DNA from: Peribolospora baueri
Taxonomy: Eukaryota
Assembly: GCA_029717555.1 (NCBI GenBank)
Contig: JAMDHS010000040.1
Location: forward strand, 124,001-188,000
Length of the DNA stretch: 64,000 bases
Reading direction: 5' to 3'
The notes beneath the pieces were generated by a model. That model saw only the letters and a list, made by a program, of their open reading frames with translations, searched no databases and was not told the origin of the DNA. Position numbers and translations under genes: made by a program. Of the stretch, positions 1 through 12,577 are shown piece after piece. How positions within the stretch are numbered: position 1 is the stretch's first letter; the number at the start of each line of letters is the position of its first letter.

Positions 1-37
1 CCGTCTGTCTTCGGCTCCACAATGCGCCAATCCAAAG

Positions 38-2223
38 GCACGGCGTTCTCGACCTCGGTCGGCGCCCAAGCCGTCCATGACGCTAGCTTCCTGGCCCTGC
101 TGACAGAGTTCACGACGGCCATGGCTGTGGAGGCGCTCTGTGGTACAGATGGATCTTTCATCCCGTGAGCCGCCTTTGCGCTTTGATGACATTTTGCTCA
201 TTTGCCACAGGATCTGGGCCATGGTCTAGGGCGGTGCTGATGTGCATGCTCTCCTCAGCTTCATTCACGACGTCGCTCGGCCCCATCCTGGCCAAGTGGA
301 GAGCGCAGCGACTCTTATGAGCCTCCTGGACGGCTCATCGCTTGCAACGCATGTCGCCGACGAAAAGGCGACGCTACTCGGAGAGGACGATGGACACCTC
401 AGGCAGGACCGCTACTCTTTGCGTACGTTCTAGGCACGAGGTTGCCGAAGCCCGCTCATCGCTCATTGCAGGCATCTAAGCTGCTGTTGCCGCCACCGCT
501 CCCACCCCGTCTCTGCGACAAACTTGTAGGCACCGCTGCTCAGTGGATTGGCCCACAGATAGAGGACATCAGGGCGGCGCGTCGGGCCCTGGAGATTGAG
601 ATGAACAGCACGACGGACAATCCGCTCATTGATGCCGAGAGCAACCACTGCGCTCACGGCGGCAACTTTCAGGTAAGAGGAGCGAGGCCCCGGCGGAGGG
701 CGACCAAACTACGAAGTGGGATAGCGGAAGGATGTCAAAGAAAAGGAATCTGAAAATTCGGACGATCCGCTCGGCCGTGGTCCTACGCAGGCCATGTCCG
801 TGACCAACGCCATGGAAAAGGTCAGGTTGGCCCTAGTCCACCTAGGTAAGTCGCGACATAGAGGCGCTCCTTTCGATTCATCTAGCTAAGCCCCTCGCTC
901 CACCGCCGATGACTCGATAGGCAAGCTTACCTTTGCTCAGCTCACGGAACTGATCAATCCGAGCATGAATCGCGGGCTCGCCCCCAACGTGAGCACATGT
1001 CGAGTGGGGCTGACCACGGTTGTCCGGCTGACTCTGCGATGCTCCTGATCGACGGAAACCATCCCTCCTGCTATAGCTGGCTGCCACCGATCCGTCGCTC
1101 AACTATCATGGCAAGGGCGTGGACATTGCCATCGCCGCCGTGACTGCCGAGCGTGAGTGGACCAGTTGTCCGTCTTGGCTAGGAAGGGGGAGACCGCGGG
1201 CTGAACCGGCGGTCGTGTCACTTCGATGCTTTCAGTCGGCTTCCTCGGATCGCCTGTGTCCACTCACGTCCAGAGTGCCGAGATGCATAATCAGGCCGTC
1301 AACTCTCTGGCCCTTATCTCAGCCCGCAAGACAGTCGAAGCCGTCGAGGCGCTTTCAATGGTACGTTTCGCACTTTGAGGATGGCCTGGGTGCGTCTATG
1401 GTCCGCTGACTATCTGCCGACTTTCTCGCACCGTAGATGCTTTCCTGGGCGCTTTACCTGCTTTGCCAAGCCGTTGACCTGCGTGCGCTACAAAAAAGGG
1501 TCTCGACCCAGTTGGAGAGGTACGTGGTCGACTCGGTCAAAGCCCGCTTCGGCGACCTATGGGGCCCGGCCGAAGCCGCCATTGCGGCCGCGAAGGTTTA
1601 CCATCGCCTCGCGAAGCGTCTCGCGGAGACGACCACAATGGACCTCAAGGAGAGAATGGCAGACTCGTGCGCATTCGCGAGCTACGAGCTCTTGGAGAGG
1701 TGAGTTTGGAGCTCTGTCTAGCTGCATTTTCCCCATCGCGCAATGTCCGCTGAAGGTTTGGTCGTCGTGACAGGTGTGAGCAGGGTGCCAAGGCGGGCGC
1801 CAGCGACGCATGGGACGCTGTGACGGCCGCCTTTGCTTGCCGCGACGAGTGGGCCGCGTACGGGGAGCGACTCTTCCTGTCCGAGACAGAGGCTTTGCTC
1901 TCCTCCCCGTGCTCTTGTCACGCTGCGCCGCTGCTCGGCCGCACGCGCACAGTGTACGAGTACGTGCGCAAGGAGCTTGGCGTGCCCGTGCACGGCATGG
2001 AGAATTTCGTGCGCTTCGAGGGCGAGAAGGGGAAGATGCGCACGACGATCGGCGAGCACGTGTCCCGGATCTACGAGGCAAGTCTTTCCTCGACTATGGA
2101 GGGAGCCTTTGTTTTCAGATGTGGGTGACCCTCCACGAACTGATGCTCTGGTGCGTCTCCTTCCCGCAGGCCGTCCGCACAGGTGACCTCTACGGCGTTC
2201 TCGTGAACGTCCTCGCCGCGTAG
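38..2223 (+). CDS. PAL: Phenylalanine (aromatic amino acid) ammonia-lyase, C-terminal part; multi-exon, 5' end lies upstream of the window
   Basis: Spliced exons give [16 protein letters not shown]..., [56 protein letters not shown] and [17 protein letters not shown], all hallmark PAL/HAL-family motifs. GT-AG introns; stop TAG at 2221-2223. The MIO motif and specificity residues are outside the window, so TAL activity cannot be excluded. Confidence 0.95.
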
Positions 2224-3606
2224 ACCTCTCGCGATCCATCGAGGCGATCGAGCACTTCTATAGCGACCTGGTTCCCTCTTGCGACGATTTAAAGCCGTTG
2301 TTCGCCTACCTTCAGCCCGGACGTTTGCTATTGAGAGGCCTGGTCCGTTCCTCTTTTATTTATTTTACCGGATCCAGGCTCCCTGGTTTCCCGACTGTAC
2401 CGGGATGACCGATTCACTTTATTCGATAAGGCTTCCCTGAGAAGCAGGGTCGTGCTTGAGCTATGATGATAGGCGCTCTAGCAAGGGCACGTTCTCTCTT
2501 GTGTTTATTAGGATGATGGTTGTAATAGCGGATTTGTAAACTCGCCCAGAGGCCTCCTTCTGTCTTAGCGTCGCCGGCGCGCTTTTCAGCCGAGGGTGAC
2601 GCGATGCGCTCCGTCGAGCTCGTTCTCAACGGCGTCGGGGCGCCGAGCCATGAGTGAGAAAGCGAGCGCCATGCCCGTCCAATCAACGACGATTGGAGCA
2701 TGGACGAACTCGGCGTCGGTGCACGAATGCGCCACCACGCTGTCGCTAGCCACATTCCTGCGTGCGTCACTGTGCGCGAGAGCACGGGCGGGCGCGGACG
2801 GACGCGGGCGGGAAAATTCCGCGGAGGAACTGGTGGAACGGGACGGGGAATGCTGCCGTTTGGCGAGCAGGTTCACGGCTTGGCGGGAGCATGTAGCTTA
2901 AAGCGTACCGTAGCGCACGGAGGAGCCGGCGTCGTCTTCGTTCGGCTGGAGTGATGCACGGACGTGACTAACTTAGTCCCTCTTCACGAGAGAACGTGTG
3001 GGCCCATACATAGCCCCGTCCGCCCCCCGGGTTGTCCGATGCCGCGGACGACGCCTTCACGCCACAATCGGAAAATCCGTTCCAAGACGCAGGACAGGCC
3101 GGCGCGCTTCCCCGCTCGGTAAGAGCGGGGGCTCAATGACACCGTTCCGATCGAGCGGCTCTTAGCGGAAAGGACCGCCCTACCCGTCGCCGCGTTTGCC
3201 GACGGTTTCGGCCCCAACGCAGTACGAGCTAGTGAAGCTCAGACGTTCAGGCCGAGGTCACAACACAGGAGATGCTCCAGGGCGACGGCACTCCATGAAG
3301 ATTCTCGGTGACGCATCCGGGCAGGCATAGATTACTGAAAGGGAGATACACAACTGAAAAGGGAGATACACAACCGGAAGACAAGCCATTGGCCGCAGCT
3401 CTGGCCCTTACAGGACACGAACATTACAGATGGCGCGAGGTCACTCGGGGTCGCGAGGACAAAAAGAGGAAGGAAAGGACGAGACGGAGGACGGCGACGA
3501 GGAGGGGAATCGAGGCTTCGAAACGCGAACGCCTTGCAAGTGTTCGTCTGTCCGAGGCCGTCTGAGAAGAAAGCGCAGAGTGGACGTTGGTGGTATGTGC
3601 CCGCTC

Positions 3607-5077
3607 CTACTTTTTCCCATTGTCATAGTGGTACTCGACGCTTTGGAAGACGACGGGTGCCCGTGTCGATGGACCAACGCGACCGGCTCCAGCGGCGGGC
3701 ATGGAGTGAGAATTGGCGAAAGGCGTCGGATCCAGAGGGCCTCTCGTCCTGCCATCCTCCAGGTATTCGCGCTCTTCGAATTCCTTTTTGGTTGAGAGCT
3801 CGTCGGCGGGACTATACAACGACCCCGAGGTGCTGTAGTTGTCGGGCAAGGCGACTCGCGCCTTGAGCTCGAGCTCCTCGTCGGGAATCCGCGCGCCGCG
3901 GGTGCCGTTGCCCTTGATGATCGCGGGCCGGTTGCTGTCGATGGAGTTGTGGAAAGGGCCCAGCTTGGACATCTGAAGTATCCCAGGGCTTAACGGCTGA
4001 CGAGGGCTGGAGCAGGAGCCACGTGGATACCCAGCAAATCCCCCAGCGCTTGCCGTCGCATGAGGGCTGGAGCCGGAGCCCTGTAGATGCCCGCCCTTTT
4101 GCGTGGGCAGCTTTGGCTGGTCGGCCGACAGCTTCAAACCGCGAAAAACACGGCCAGCCATGGACGCGGTGAGCGCCAGGTTTGGAATGGTGAACATGCT
4201 TCGTATGACTGGATTCAGGGACGTGCTGGCGATGAGGCTAAAGGTAATGACGTTGGAGGCAATGGTGGCAAAGTAGTACGCCATGCCGCCCTCCATGATC
4301 TCCCTGGTCATCGCCGGCATGTCTCTGCGGGTGGTGAGCTGGCGGATCCACCGGAACGGGTTCCAGGAGCCCGTCACGTTGTGGAATAGCTTGGCGGAGA
4401 CGGCGAGCCAGACGAACGTGTCGTTCAGGGCGGTCAAGCCTGGGGCAGCGGAGGCGTACCCTTTGGCCACGACGTTGACGCAGTGCCCCGTGTTGGCTAC
4501 GCTGCCGCCCTGGACAGCGAAAACGACGAGGAGGCCGCCGGCGAGAGTGCCGAGCCATAGAAGCCCGAAGACGATGATCACCCATTTTCGATGGCCGTAC
4601 ACCGCCACTGTGCGCAGGTAGAAAATGGCGGACGTGGACGGGGAAGCGAAAGCGTAAGCAATGGTGATCGCCCGCGACGCCGCCAAGCAGGAGCTGACGG
4701 CCGTGGCTTGGAAGACGAAGGACGTGATGATGTAGGCGAAGACGGATATCCTGCACGGAGAATGGATAGGTTTCGGTGAGCCCGCGGCCGAGACTGCAGA
4801 AGCTACCGCCTCGCAGTCAGAAGGCTTTTCCCCGCCCGTGCGCGCGGTCGATTTCCCACCTGGAAATGAAATAGGCCACGGTGGGGAGGCCAATGCGATG
4901 CTTGAACAGCAGTCGATAGTCTTCGTTGAGCGTCAGCAGGACGTCCCACGCATAGGCGCCCATAGTAGCGGCATAGAGCAGCTGGGAGACGACAAAAGTC
5001 TGGCCGATCTCCGGCGGGAGCCAGACCAGCGGGTCATAGTCGGGAATGAAAGGATAAGAAGGAGGCTCTTGGGACAT
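3607..5077 (-). CDS. Multi-pass (about 7 TM) fungal membrane protein, GPCR-like/DUF6533-type; 2 exons
   Basis: ATG at 5077 (MSQEPPSYPF); intron 4859-4751 joins AYFISR|ISVFAY. Motifs WDVLLTLNEDYRLLF, AYFISR, FYLRTVAVY and EGGMAYYF, several hydrophobic helices and a long polar C-tail. Confidence 0.75.
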
Positions 5078-5362
5078 GATCCAAACGGGGTGGCGGGCAG
5101 TAACGAGCGGCGCTTTGAGGGAAAGAGAGGATGGTGGAAAGGGGGCGGGGGGGGCGAGGTTGAGACGTCCCAACCAGAGAAATCTTGTCCCTCTCCCGCT
5201 GCGCGCCTCGTCCTACGACAGACTATATACGGCAGGAGCAGCCTCGGACAACGTCCAGTCCTGGCGGCAGCGGGGACGGAGTTGCTTAGGCTGTGAAAGA
5301 AGTGTCCGTGCACAGACGTACGATTTCGAGGTCTCGCCTTTTCCGTGCGATGTCATTGCGCG

Positions 5363-5495
5363 ATACGGTCCTGTCGGCTTTGTGGGACCTCACTCTGTCC
5401 TTTTGCTAGCGTCTTACGTTGGCCAATAGCGGCATTTCCATGCCGCCCTAACATAGTCACATTCTCAGACGAACGCCCCGCGACTTGCCGGCGGC
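5363..5495. repeat. Copy A of a ~130 bp inverted repeat (partner at ~11983-12122), in the divergent promoter between the membrane gene and the GMC gene
   Basis: ATACGGTCCTGTCGGCTTTGTGG...CGTTGGCCAATAGCGGCATTTCCATGCCGCCCTAACATAGTCACATTCTCAG matches the reverse complement of 12019-12122; contains a CCAAT box. Confidence 0.9.
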
Positions 5496-5760
5496 CGAAG
5501 TGGAGCGACGCGTTTGTGGGATCCGCTCGGACGCTAACGGCCCCTTCAAGAGTCGGCGCACAGATACAGACGCATACTGTGCTGCGCATGCCTCCGAGAA
5601 CGCCGCCGGAGTCGGCCCCAGCGTCGCCGGCACTTTTATTAAAGACATTGGCGGCCCAGCCGTCGCCTGATACACGACGAGGTCGGCAGCTGGAAACGAC
5701 GCTCCACTTGAACCACACTCCGAACTCGATTCGCCTCATCCTTACCCGACAGCCACGACC

Positions 5761-8445
5761 ATGAACACGAGCGCTCTGACCAAGTTGGAGCAGTACGATG
5801 TGATCGTAGTGGGGGGTGGGTGGACTCGGACGTCTCATGGCGAAGGGCCGCTCGACCGCGGCTCCCCCGATGCAGGCGTTGGTCCCTTTTCTGATCTCTT
5901 CTCTCGTTCTTCTCGGAATGCCCAGGCGGTTCCGCGGGCTCCGTCGTCGCCGGACGCGTGAGCGAAGATCCAAACGTGAAGGTCCTCCTCATAGAGGCCG
6001 GCAAGGAGTCAGTCCAAGCTGAAACGTTGGGCGGGGCGGGCGAGATAGAGAGAAGCGAGGAAGGCTCGGCTCGGACGGCCATGAATAGCCTCTTTCATGA
6101 CGCGCTGAACTTCTGCCTTTCTGGCGTTCTCTCCCTTCTAGCAACGCTGGAGACCCTGCGGTTCGACACCCCATTCAATACCTCTCACTGCTCACGTCTG
6201 AAAAGGTCAAGTTTTACTTGTCCGAGCCGGCGCATGGAGCGAAGGGGAGGACGATCGCCATTCCTCAGGCCAACGTGCTCGGGGGAGGGTCGAGCGTGAA
6301 TTTTCAAATGTGAGCCGCACTCTCGTCAGTGTGACCCACGTCGCCGCCGCAGCAGCCCCATGGATCGGTCGCCCATACCTAGACCCACTTCCATCCTCGT
6401 ACAGGTTCTCTCACGGTTCAGCTTCCGACTATGATGCATGGGGCGCGCTCGGCAACGAGGGATGGTCATTCAAAGACCTGCATAAGTACCTGCTCAAGGT
6501 GAGTTGTTTGAAAATGAGGATGTCCTGCTTTGGGCCTGCGAATAATCACGTTGTCCCCACCTGTCGATCAGTGCGAGAACTACCAAGAAGAGGACACCGT
6601 CCCTGGCGCGCACGGCAAAGGCGGCCCGATCAACGTCTCATTCGGACGCCATTTCCTTCCTAAGGCCCGTCTCCAACCAGATGCCTTCCTCGAAGCCGCC
6701 GAAAAGGTCGGCATCCCCAAAGTGGCCGACCTGCATGATTTTCACACCGGCCACGGCGCTTCCAACTGGCCCAAGAGCGTCGACGGCATCAAGGGCACTC
6801 GCTCGGATGCTGCATCGGCATATCTCGGCAAGCGCGACAATCTCGAGGTGGTCACCGGCGTCAAAGTGACCAAGGTGAACATCGACCCTGTCACCAAGAC
6901 GGCGACGGGTGTGAATATCGCTCTGTCTACGGACCTCTCCCAGTCTCGCTCCGTCTCTGCACGCCAGGTCGTCCTCTCCGCCGGTGCTTTCGGCTCCGCA
7001 CAGCTTCTTCAGGTATCCGGCGTGGGCGACAAGTCCGTCCTCTCCGCCGCCGGGGTTGAGACCCTCGTCGATCTGCCCGGCGTTGGCAAAAACTACCAAG
7101 ACCACACCCTCCTCTGTCTGGTTTTCCGCGTCGAGCCGAGCGTCTACTATTCGCATGACGGAGTGGCCTTTGGCTTTGACGCCGATGCCATCAAAGCCGC
7201 CCAGGAGGAGTTTGAGCTCAAGGCGAGCGGGCCCCTTGCGACCAACTCGATCGATGTCGGCATCAAGCTGCGCCCGACGGAGGAGGAGGCCAGACAAATC
7301 CCCAATTTCTACGAGAACTGGAAACGGGACTTTTCGGAGAAGAAGGATAAACCGCTCCTCTTCCTCGGACATATGGTGAGCCCAAGTGTGGGGGACGGGA
7401 GTGCGCGCCGGAGGACCTTTCGCTCAGCACATCCATGCTCGTTCTGGCTCTAGTCTGGCTTCCTGGGCGATCCATCCATCTTTGCTCCTGGGCACTACAT
7501 GACCTTCGGCCTGGGTATTCAGTATCCCTACTCGCGCGGAAGAGTCCTCATCAAGTCCGGCGACGTTTCGGAACCTCCCGTCCTAAAGGATGGCTACGCC
7601 ACGGACGATGCCGACATTCGTCCTTACATCTGGGGATACAAGAAGGCGCGTGAGCTGGCGCGCAGGATGAGAGGCTACAGGGGAGAGTATGAAAAGTCTC
7701 ACCCAGCGCTCAGCGAGAGATCAGCGGCAAGGTTGACGCACCTTGACCAGAACATCGAGGTCTCCGAGGATCTAAAATACAGCCAAGAGGACGACAAGAC
7801 GATCGAAGTGCGTGAACTTGCGTGTAATTGTGTCGAGAAGCGACGACGAGAATGCCTCGCTCACTGCTGCCGTCTTTCGGCATTTGGTTGGTCAACGACG
7901 CGGTCCCTTGCTCTTCTTCGGCAGGAGTGGACACGCGCCAGCATTGGAACAGCCTGGCACCCCATGGGCACTGCGTCCATGAAGCCTCGCGAAGACGGCG
8001 GCGTCGTGGACTCGTCGCTCAGTGTGTACGGAGTGAAGAATCTCAAGGTTGTCGGTAAGTGATTGGTGATCGGTGAAGCTCCCGTAGACGTGGCTGGACT
8101 CTCAACATTTCTGTCTTTCCCGTCGAGTAGATCTGTCAATCGCGCCTCTGGTGAGCTCAGCGGCGCGCGGTCGAGTTGCGAACGGATCGACGATGGCTCA
8201 TGTGCTTCCTTTCGCTCGCGCAGATGGTCGGCGCCAACACCAATTCGACGGCCTTGGCGATGTGAGCTGTTTTTCGTTCTCGTTCACACGGCCTTCCGGT
8301 CGGCAGGATCGTCCGTCATCTTCCGTTTGTTCTTATCGCTTTATCGCTGACGCTACTTCCTATGGCGGGCTCGCAATTGCCGTCGGTTCGCTTGTCCAGC
8401 GGCGAGAAGGGCGCAGACCTCGTTCGCGCGGCTTTGGCATCTTGA
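5761..8445 (+). CDS. GMC oxidoreductase, alcohol-oxidase-like clade; multi-exon
   Basis: YDVIVVGG|GSAGSVVAGR (GxGxxG FAD motif), LLIEAG, ANVLGGGSSVNF, SAGAFGSAQLLQVSGVG, PGVGKNYQDH, catalytic WHPMGTASM and GANTNSTA (His/Asn pair as in alcohol oxidases), GEKGADL; stop at 8443-8445. Confidence 0.92.
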
Positions 8446-9530
8446 ACGGCGCCGGCGGAAAGGATCCCATGGAACTTTTAATCAGTCTACCAGCTCCTTT
8501 TTTTTTGCTCCTCGGAGGCCTTTTCCTGCGCCTCTTGTATGGCATTAATCTAGGCCCGCTTTGTCTTTATTGCGCGTGGAAAGTGTTGTCCAAGCTCCCG
8601 GCAGATTTGCGTCCGTGATGAGCATGAAAGACGCAGCGGGATGGCTGTCTGTCGGGCGAAAAGTTTGCAAATCTGGCTTGTGGATCAAAGACACTGTTCC
8701 TGTCGAGGACAACGATGAGTTGTGGGGAGGGTAATGAACGTGCGCAGCAGCCAGTCACAGAACGTGAGGAGGTTGCGAGACTACCTGCAAGTGCATCGAT
8801 GCGGCTTGGCGAAGCGCAGCGGATCCTGTCGCGAGCACGCACGGTGGGTGCAAGTCCGCGCGCTGGGAGACCTCTGACATGCCGCTCCATGGTCCGAGGC
8901 GGCACGCCGTCTGTGTCGTCGTTCTGCATCCCTGTACGACTGCCCGTTTGCGTTATCTGCGCCGGCTCGAGGAAAGGATGAAAATGACATGGAACCGTGT
9001 GACTAGTCGAACTAGCTGGATTCGCCATCCCGCGCCAGGCTCGGCCCGTGGTTCGCATCTAAACGGTGCGCCCACCCAACGGCCGACGCTAAAGAGCGCA
9101 CTGGCGACGATCTGCGCCGCTCGTCTAATCAGAATTAAAATTCAGATCAAAATTCAAATTATAAGAAAAAACTGAAGAAAACATGGGATATAATATTTGG
9201 TAGTTGTCCCGTCTCGGACGGACGGACGACGAACGCAGTGACTGACTTTGTTGCTTCCCCAGCGCCACCCGCCCAGCGTCGGTTAGGATGTGGCTGGATA
9301 GACTGACAAGGCTCTCTCCCTCTCTCTCTCTGTGTGTGTCTCATCTCTCTCGGTATTCAAATGCGGATCCGGCAAACGGCCCGCCATGCAATCATCCTGT
9401 TCGCCCTCCATTCTCTCACACATCACTCGTTCGAACCGTAAACCTTCGTTTGCACTCAGTCGCTCCTTTTTCTCCCTTGAACCACCGCATTGTACGCTGT
9501 CCGCATTCGATCACGGGCTGGCAGCCGAGC

Positions 9531-11682
9531 ATGCGATGGTCGACGACCACCTCGACAGCGGTGGCTCTTGCCCTGGGCCTCCTTCAATCTACCCTGCCCT
9601 TCGTGGTCAGAGCGGCCGCACCGACCGTCTCGCTGAATTATACGACCGTCACTGGCGTCTACGGCGCCAGCTATGACCAGGATTGGTGTAAGCAATCGAG
9701 CGCACCGTCCCCAGCTCGCCCATGTACGTCGCGGGGTGCTCAACAACTGACTGATCGGATTTGCCTGTCGCCGAATACGCAGTCCTCGGCATTCCGTATG
9801 TCCATCCACCCGTCGGCCAACTTCGCTTCGCGGCGCCGTCGCCGATTGATGCCACCAGGGCGGGGCCGACCACAGCGACTGCCTATGGACCGGCTTGTCC
9901 TCAGAATTTCTTTCTGGGCGCGGAGCCCTCTCTGGTGCGGTGGCTTTTGCAGTCTCGCCCGCGTTATCCTGGCACGGCGGGCAGCAGGATGGACACATGG
10001 ATCGATGGGCTGACCTGTTGTTTCCTCTCGTTTCGTGTTTCCAGGACCTCAGCAACATGAGCGAGGACTGTCTCTACTTGAACATCCTCCGTCCGTCCAA
10101 CCTGAACAGCAGTAGCCTCCTCCCTGTCATGGTCTGGATTCACGGCGGATCGTTCCAAGAGGGCGGATCTCATGAGAGCAGTGCGTGTTCGCTCTCTAGA
10201 CTTGCGCTATTTCAAAGCACATCTGGCACCTGGCCTGACCGGTGACGCTTTCCATTCAGGGTTCAACGGCACTGACCTCGTCCATCGGTCCACGAGCTTT
10301 GGCACGCCCATGATCTTCGTCTCCTTCCAATACCGCCTTGGCGCGCTCGGGTTCGCCTCGTCGCCATTGTTCGCCCAGCAGGGCTTGCTCAACCTCGGCC
10401 TACGCGACCAGCGCGAGGCACTCTACTGGATCCAACGTCACATCAAGGCCTTTGGCGGGGACCCGAAGCGCATCACGCTCGCCGGCGAGAGCGCGGGTGC
10501 CATCTCCGTGCAGCACCATCAGGCGTGGTACGGGGGCAAGAACGAGAGCTTGTTCCAAGCGGCAATCCTCGAGAGCGGGACCGAGACGTTCTTCCAGGTC
10601 AAGCCTTACAACGACCAACAGGTCTACAACGCCACGCAGCAAATCGTCGATGACGTCGGCTGTGGGAACGCCAAGGACACGCTCTCCTGCCTACGCCAGG
10701 TGAACACGGCCACGCTGCAGAGTTACACGCTGCCTTACTCAGTGCCCAACCTGGACGCCGGCCTCAACAGTCAGTTTCCTTTCAAGCCCGTCATCGACGG
10801 AACTTTTCTGGTCAACTATCCTGTTGTGGCTGTCCTCGAGAACAAGCTCGTTGATGTTCCCACCATCGTAGGCCAAAACACTGACGAAGGCACCCTGTTC
10901 GTCAACCCCGCCGCGAACACTTCGGTCGAGTTTGTCAATTATGTCAAGTCCGTCGGCAACTTTACCGACCAAGAGATTTCGGACATTGAAAAATACTATC
11001 CAGATAACCCCGCTGATGGCTCTCCTTTTGGCACCGGCAACGACACATTTGGCCTCGGCTTTGAGTTTAAGCGGTGAGTGCTTATGATTGGCTTGAGCTT
11101 GCAAAGCAGTGCCGAGGTCGAGGGCGGCCCTGAAACGATACTGACGCACCGTCGCCTGTGCATTTCGACAAAACTCCTGGCGAGCCCAGTCTGGCCGCCT
11201 TTGCCACAGACATGTTCATCACGTCGCAGCGCCGGCTCCTACTCGAGTCCCAGTCGGCCGCGGGCAGGGCCAACATCTGGTCCTATCGCTTCGACCAACC
11301 CGAGCCCTGCGCCCCTCCTTACACCGGCGTCATGCACACGTACGAGCTTCCGTACGTCTTCGACCGTCCCTTCCAAGTCGACAGCCAGAGCGTCGCGATC
11401 CCGTGCACCGAGCCGGCGGCGCTGACACTGGCACAGCAGAACCTCTCCGACATTGCCAGCTTTTTCTGGGTTTCTTTCGTCGTGTCTCACAAGCCCCTGC
11501 CCTTCAACTGGACCTCAGGCGCCTGGCCCGCTTGGACGGCCAAGGCTCCGGTCAACTTTGTCTTCCAGGCGGTCAACGCGTCAGCCGGCCGGGGCCCCCA
11601 CGTCGAACAGGACAATTTCCGACAAGGACAGGTCAACTATTTGATGAACCTCACCGCGGTCGCAACCGGTGCTCCGAACTGA
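9531..11682 (+). CDS. Secreted type-B carboxylesterase/lipase; multi-exon
   Basis: Signal peptide [48 protein letters not shown] oxyanion hole, GESAG nucleophile, NTDEG (Glu) and GVMHTYE (His) complete the triad. Confidence 0.93.
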
Positions 11683-11982
11683 CAAAATAATGCTTCTTTG
11701 CCGTGTATATACTGGACTCCGACGGAGCCTGTTCATCCGTACCTCTGTCCCTATGAGGAAACGATGGGACGACCACGTTCGCTACCTTTTCAAAAGCCGC
11801 TGTTGTAGCCGTGACGATGACGTTGCGCTTGGAACGTTCGACGGCATTCCAGCCTAGGCAGTTGGCACAGGAGCGGAAACGACCTTGGAAATGCGGTCCA
11901 AAGTCGTCGCTGATTCAACGCTGCGCGAATGAGTGGAGGCCATTGGACGCTGAGCTACAGGGAGGGCGGGCGTACGACATAC

Positions 11983-12122
11983 GCCCGCCGGCAAGTGACG
12001 AAGGCGTTAAGTAAATCCTGAGAATGTAACTATGTTAGGGCGGATGGAAATGCCGCTATTGGCCAACGTGAGACGCTGATAAAAGGCGAGCTCGAGATTC
12101 CACAGAGCCGACAGGACGGTAT
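11983..12122. repeat. Copy B of the inverted repeat (partner 5363-5495)
   Basis: CTGAGAATGTAACTATGTTAGGGCGGATGGAAATGCCGCTATTGGCCAACGTGAGACGCT is the reverse complement of ~5410-5468 with a few changes. Confidence 0.9.
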
Positions 12123-12342
12123 TAACACGAGAAATGCGGCAGTGCGCCAGCGGCACTGAAGCTCCATGCTATGGGAACTGCATTGCTTCGACCTAGAGGC
12201 GACGAGCGCTCGGCCCGAGTTTCCACGATGCGCGTTTGGAAATGAAATGAAATAAAATAAAATAAAATAAAGTAAATAAAAAGCAAAAGAATCCAGGGGA
12301 ATGTACATAGTGCCAGGATCCGTTCAGGGAAAAGTCTCTTAG

Positions 12343-12577
12343 CCCGGGCTCCACATTTCATTTACATGCAACTGCTCAACGAGCCTCGCTACGAGGACTA
12401 TGACATCGCCTACCTCGATGTATGGCAATTTCGTCTCTTCCTGTCCGCTCCTGACCGGGCAAGTTCACTGAATTGCCCATGCTCTTCGCATATTTAGAGG
12501 AATCGCTTTGCCTTTCTCGGTGATGGTTCACCAGGGCGGAGGTCGAAGGCGGCGACCTGAGTTATTTCCTTACCTGA
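12343..12577 (+). pseudogene. 3'-terminal relic of a flavin-dependent (Baeyer-Villiger-type) monooxygenase gene
   Basis: Reads PGSTFH(Y)MQLLNEPRYEDYDIAYLD | intron 12420-12497 (GT..AG) | RNRFAFLGDG(F)TRAEVEGGDLSYFLT* after correcting two 1-nt frameshifts. It aligns with the C-terminus of the intact BVMO (WPGSCLHACKTLHHPRWEDYNY...NRLGWLGNGWTDAELNGGDRRWYL). Confidence 0.8.

Noticed and set aside
2414..2954. Overlapping short ORFs downstream of PAL
   Set aside because: No recognisable motif or coherent splice model; expected by chance in GC-rich DNA.
3334..3374. ~20-bp tandem duplication (ACTGAAAGGGAGATACACA x2)
   Set aside because: Only two copies with no spacer; simple slippage, not a CRISPR array or element end.
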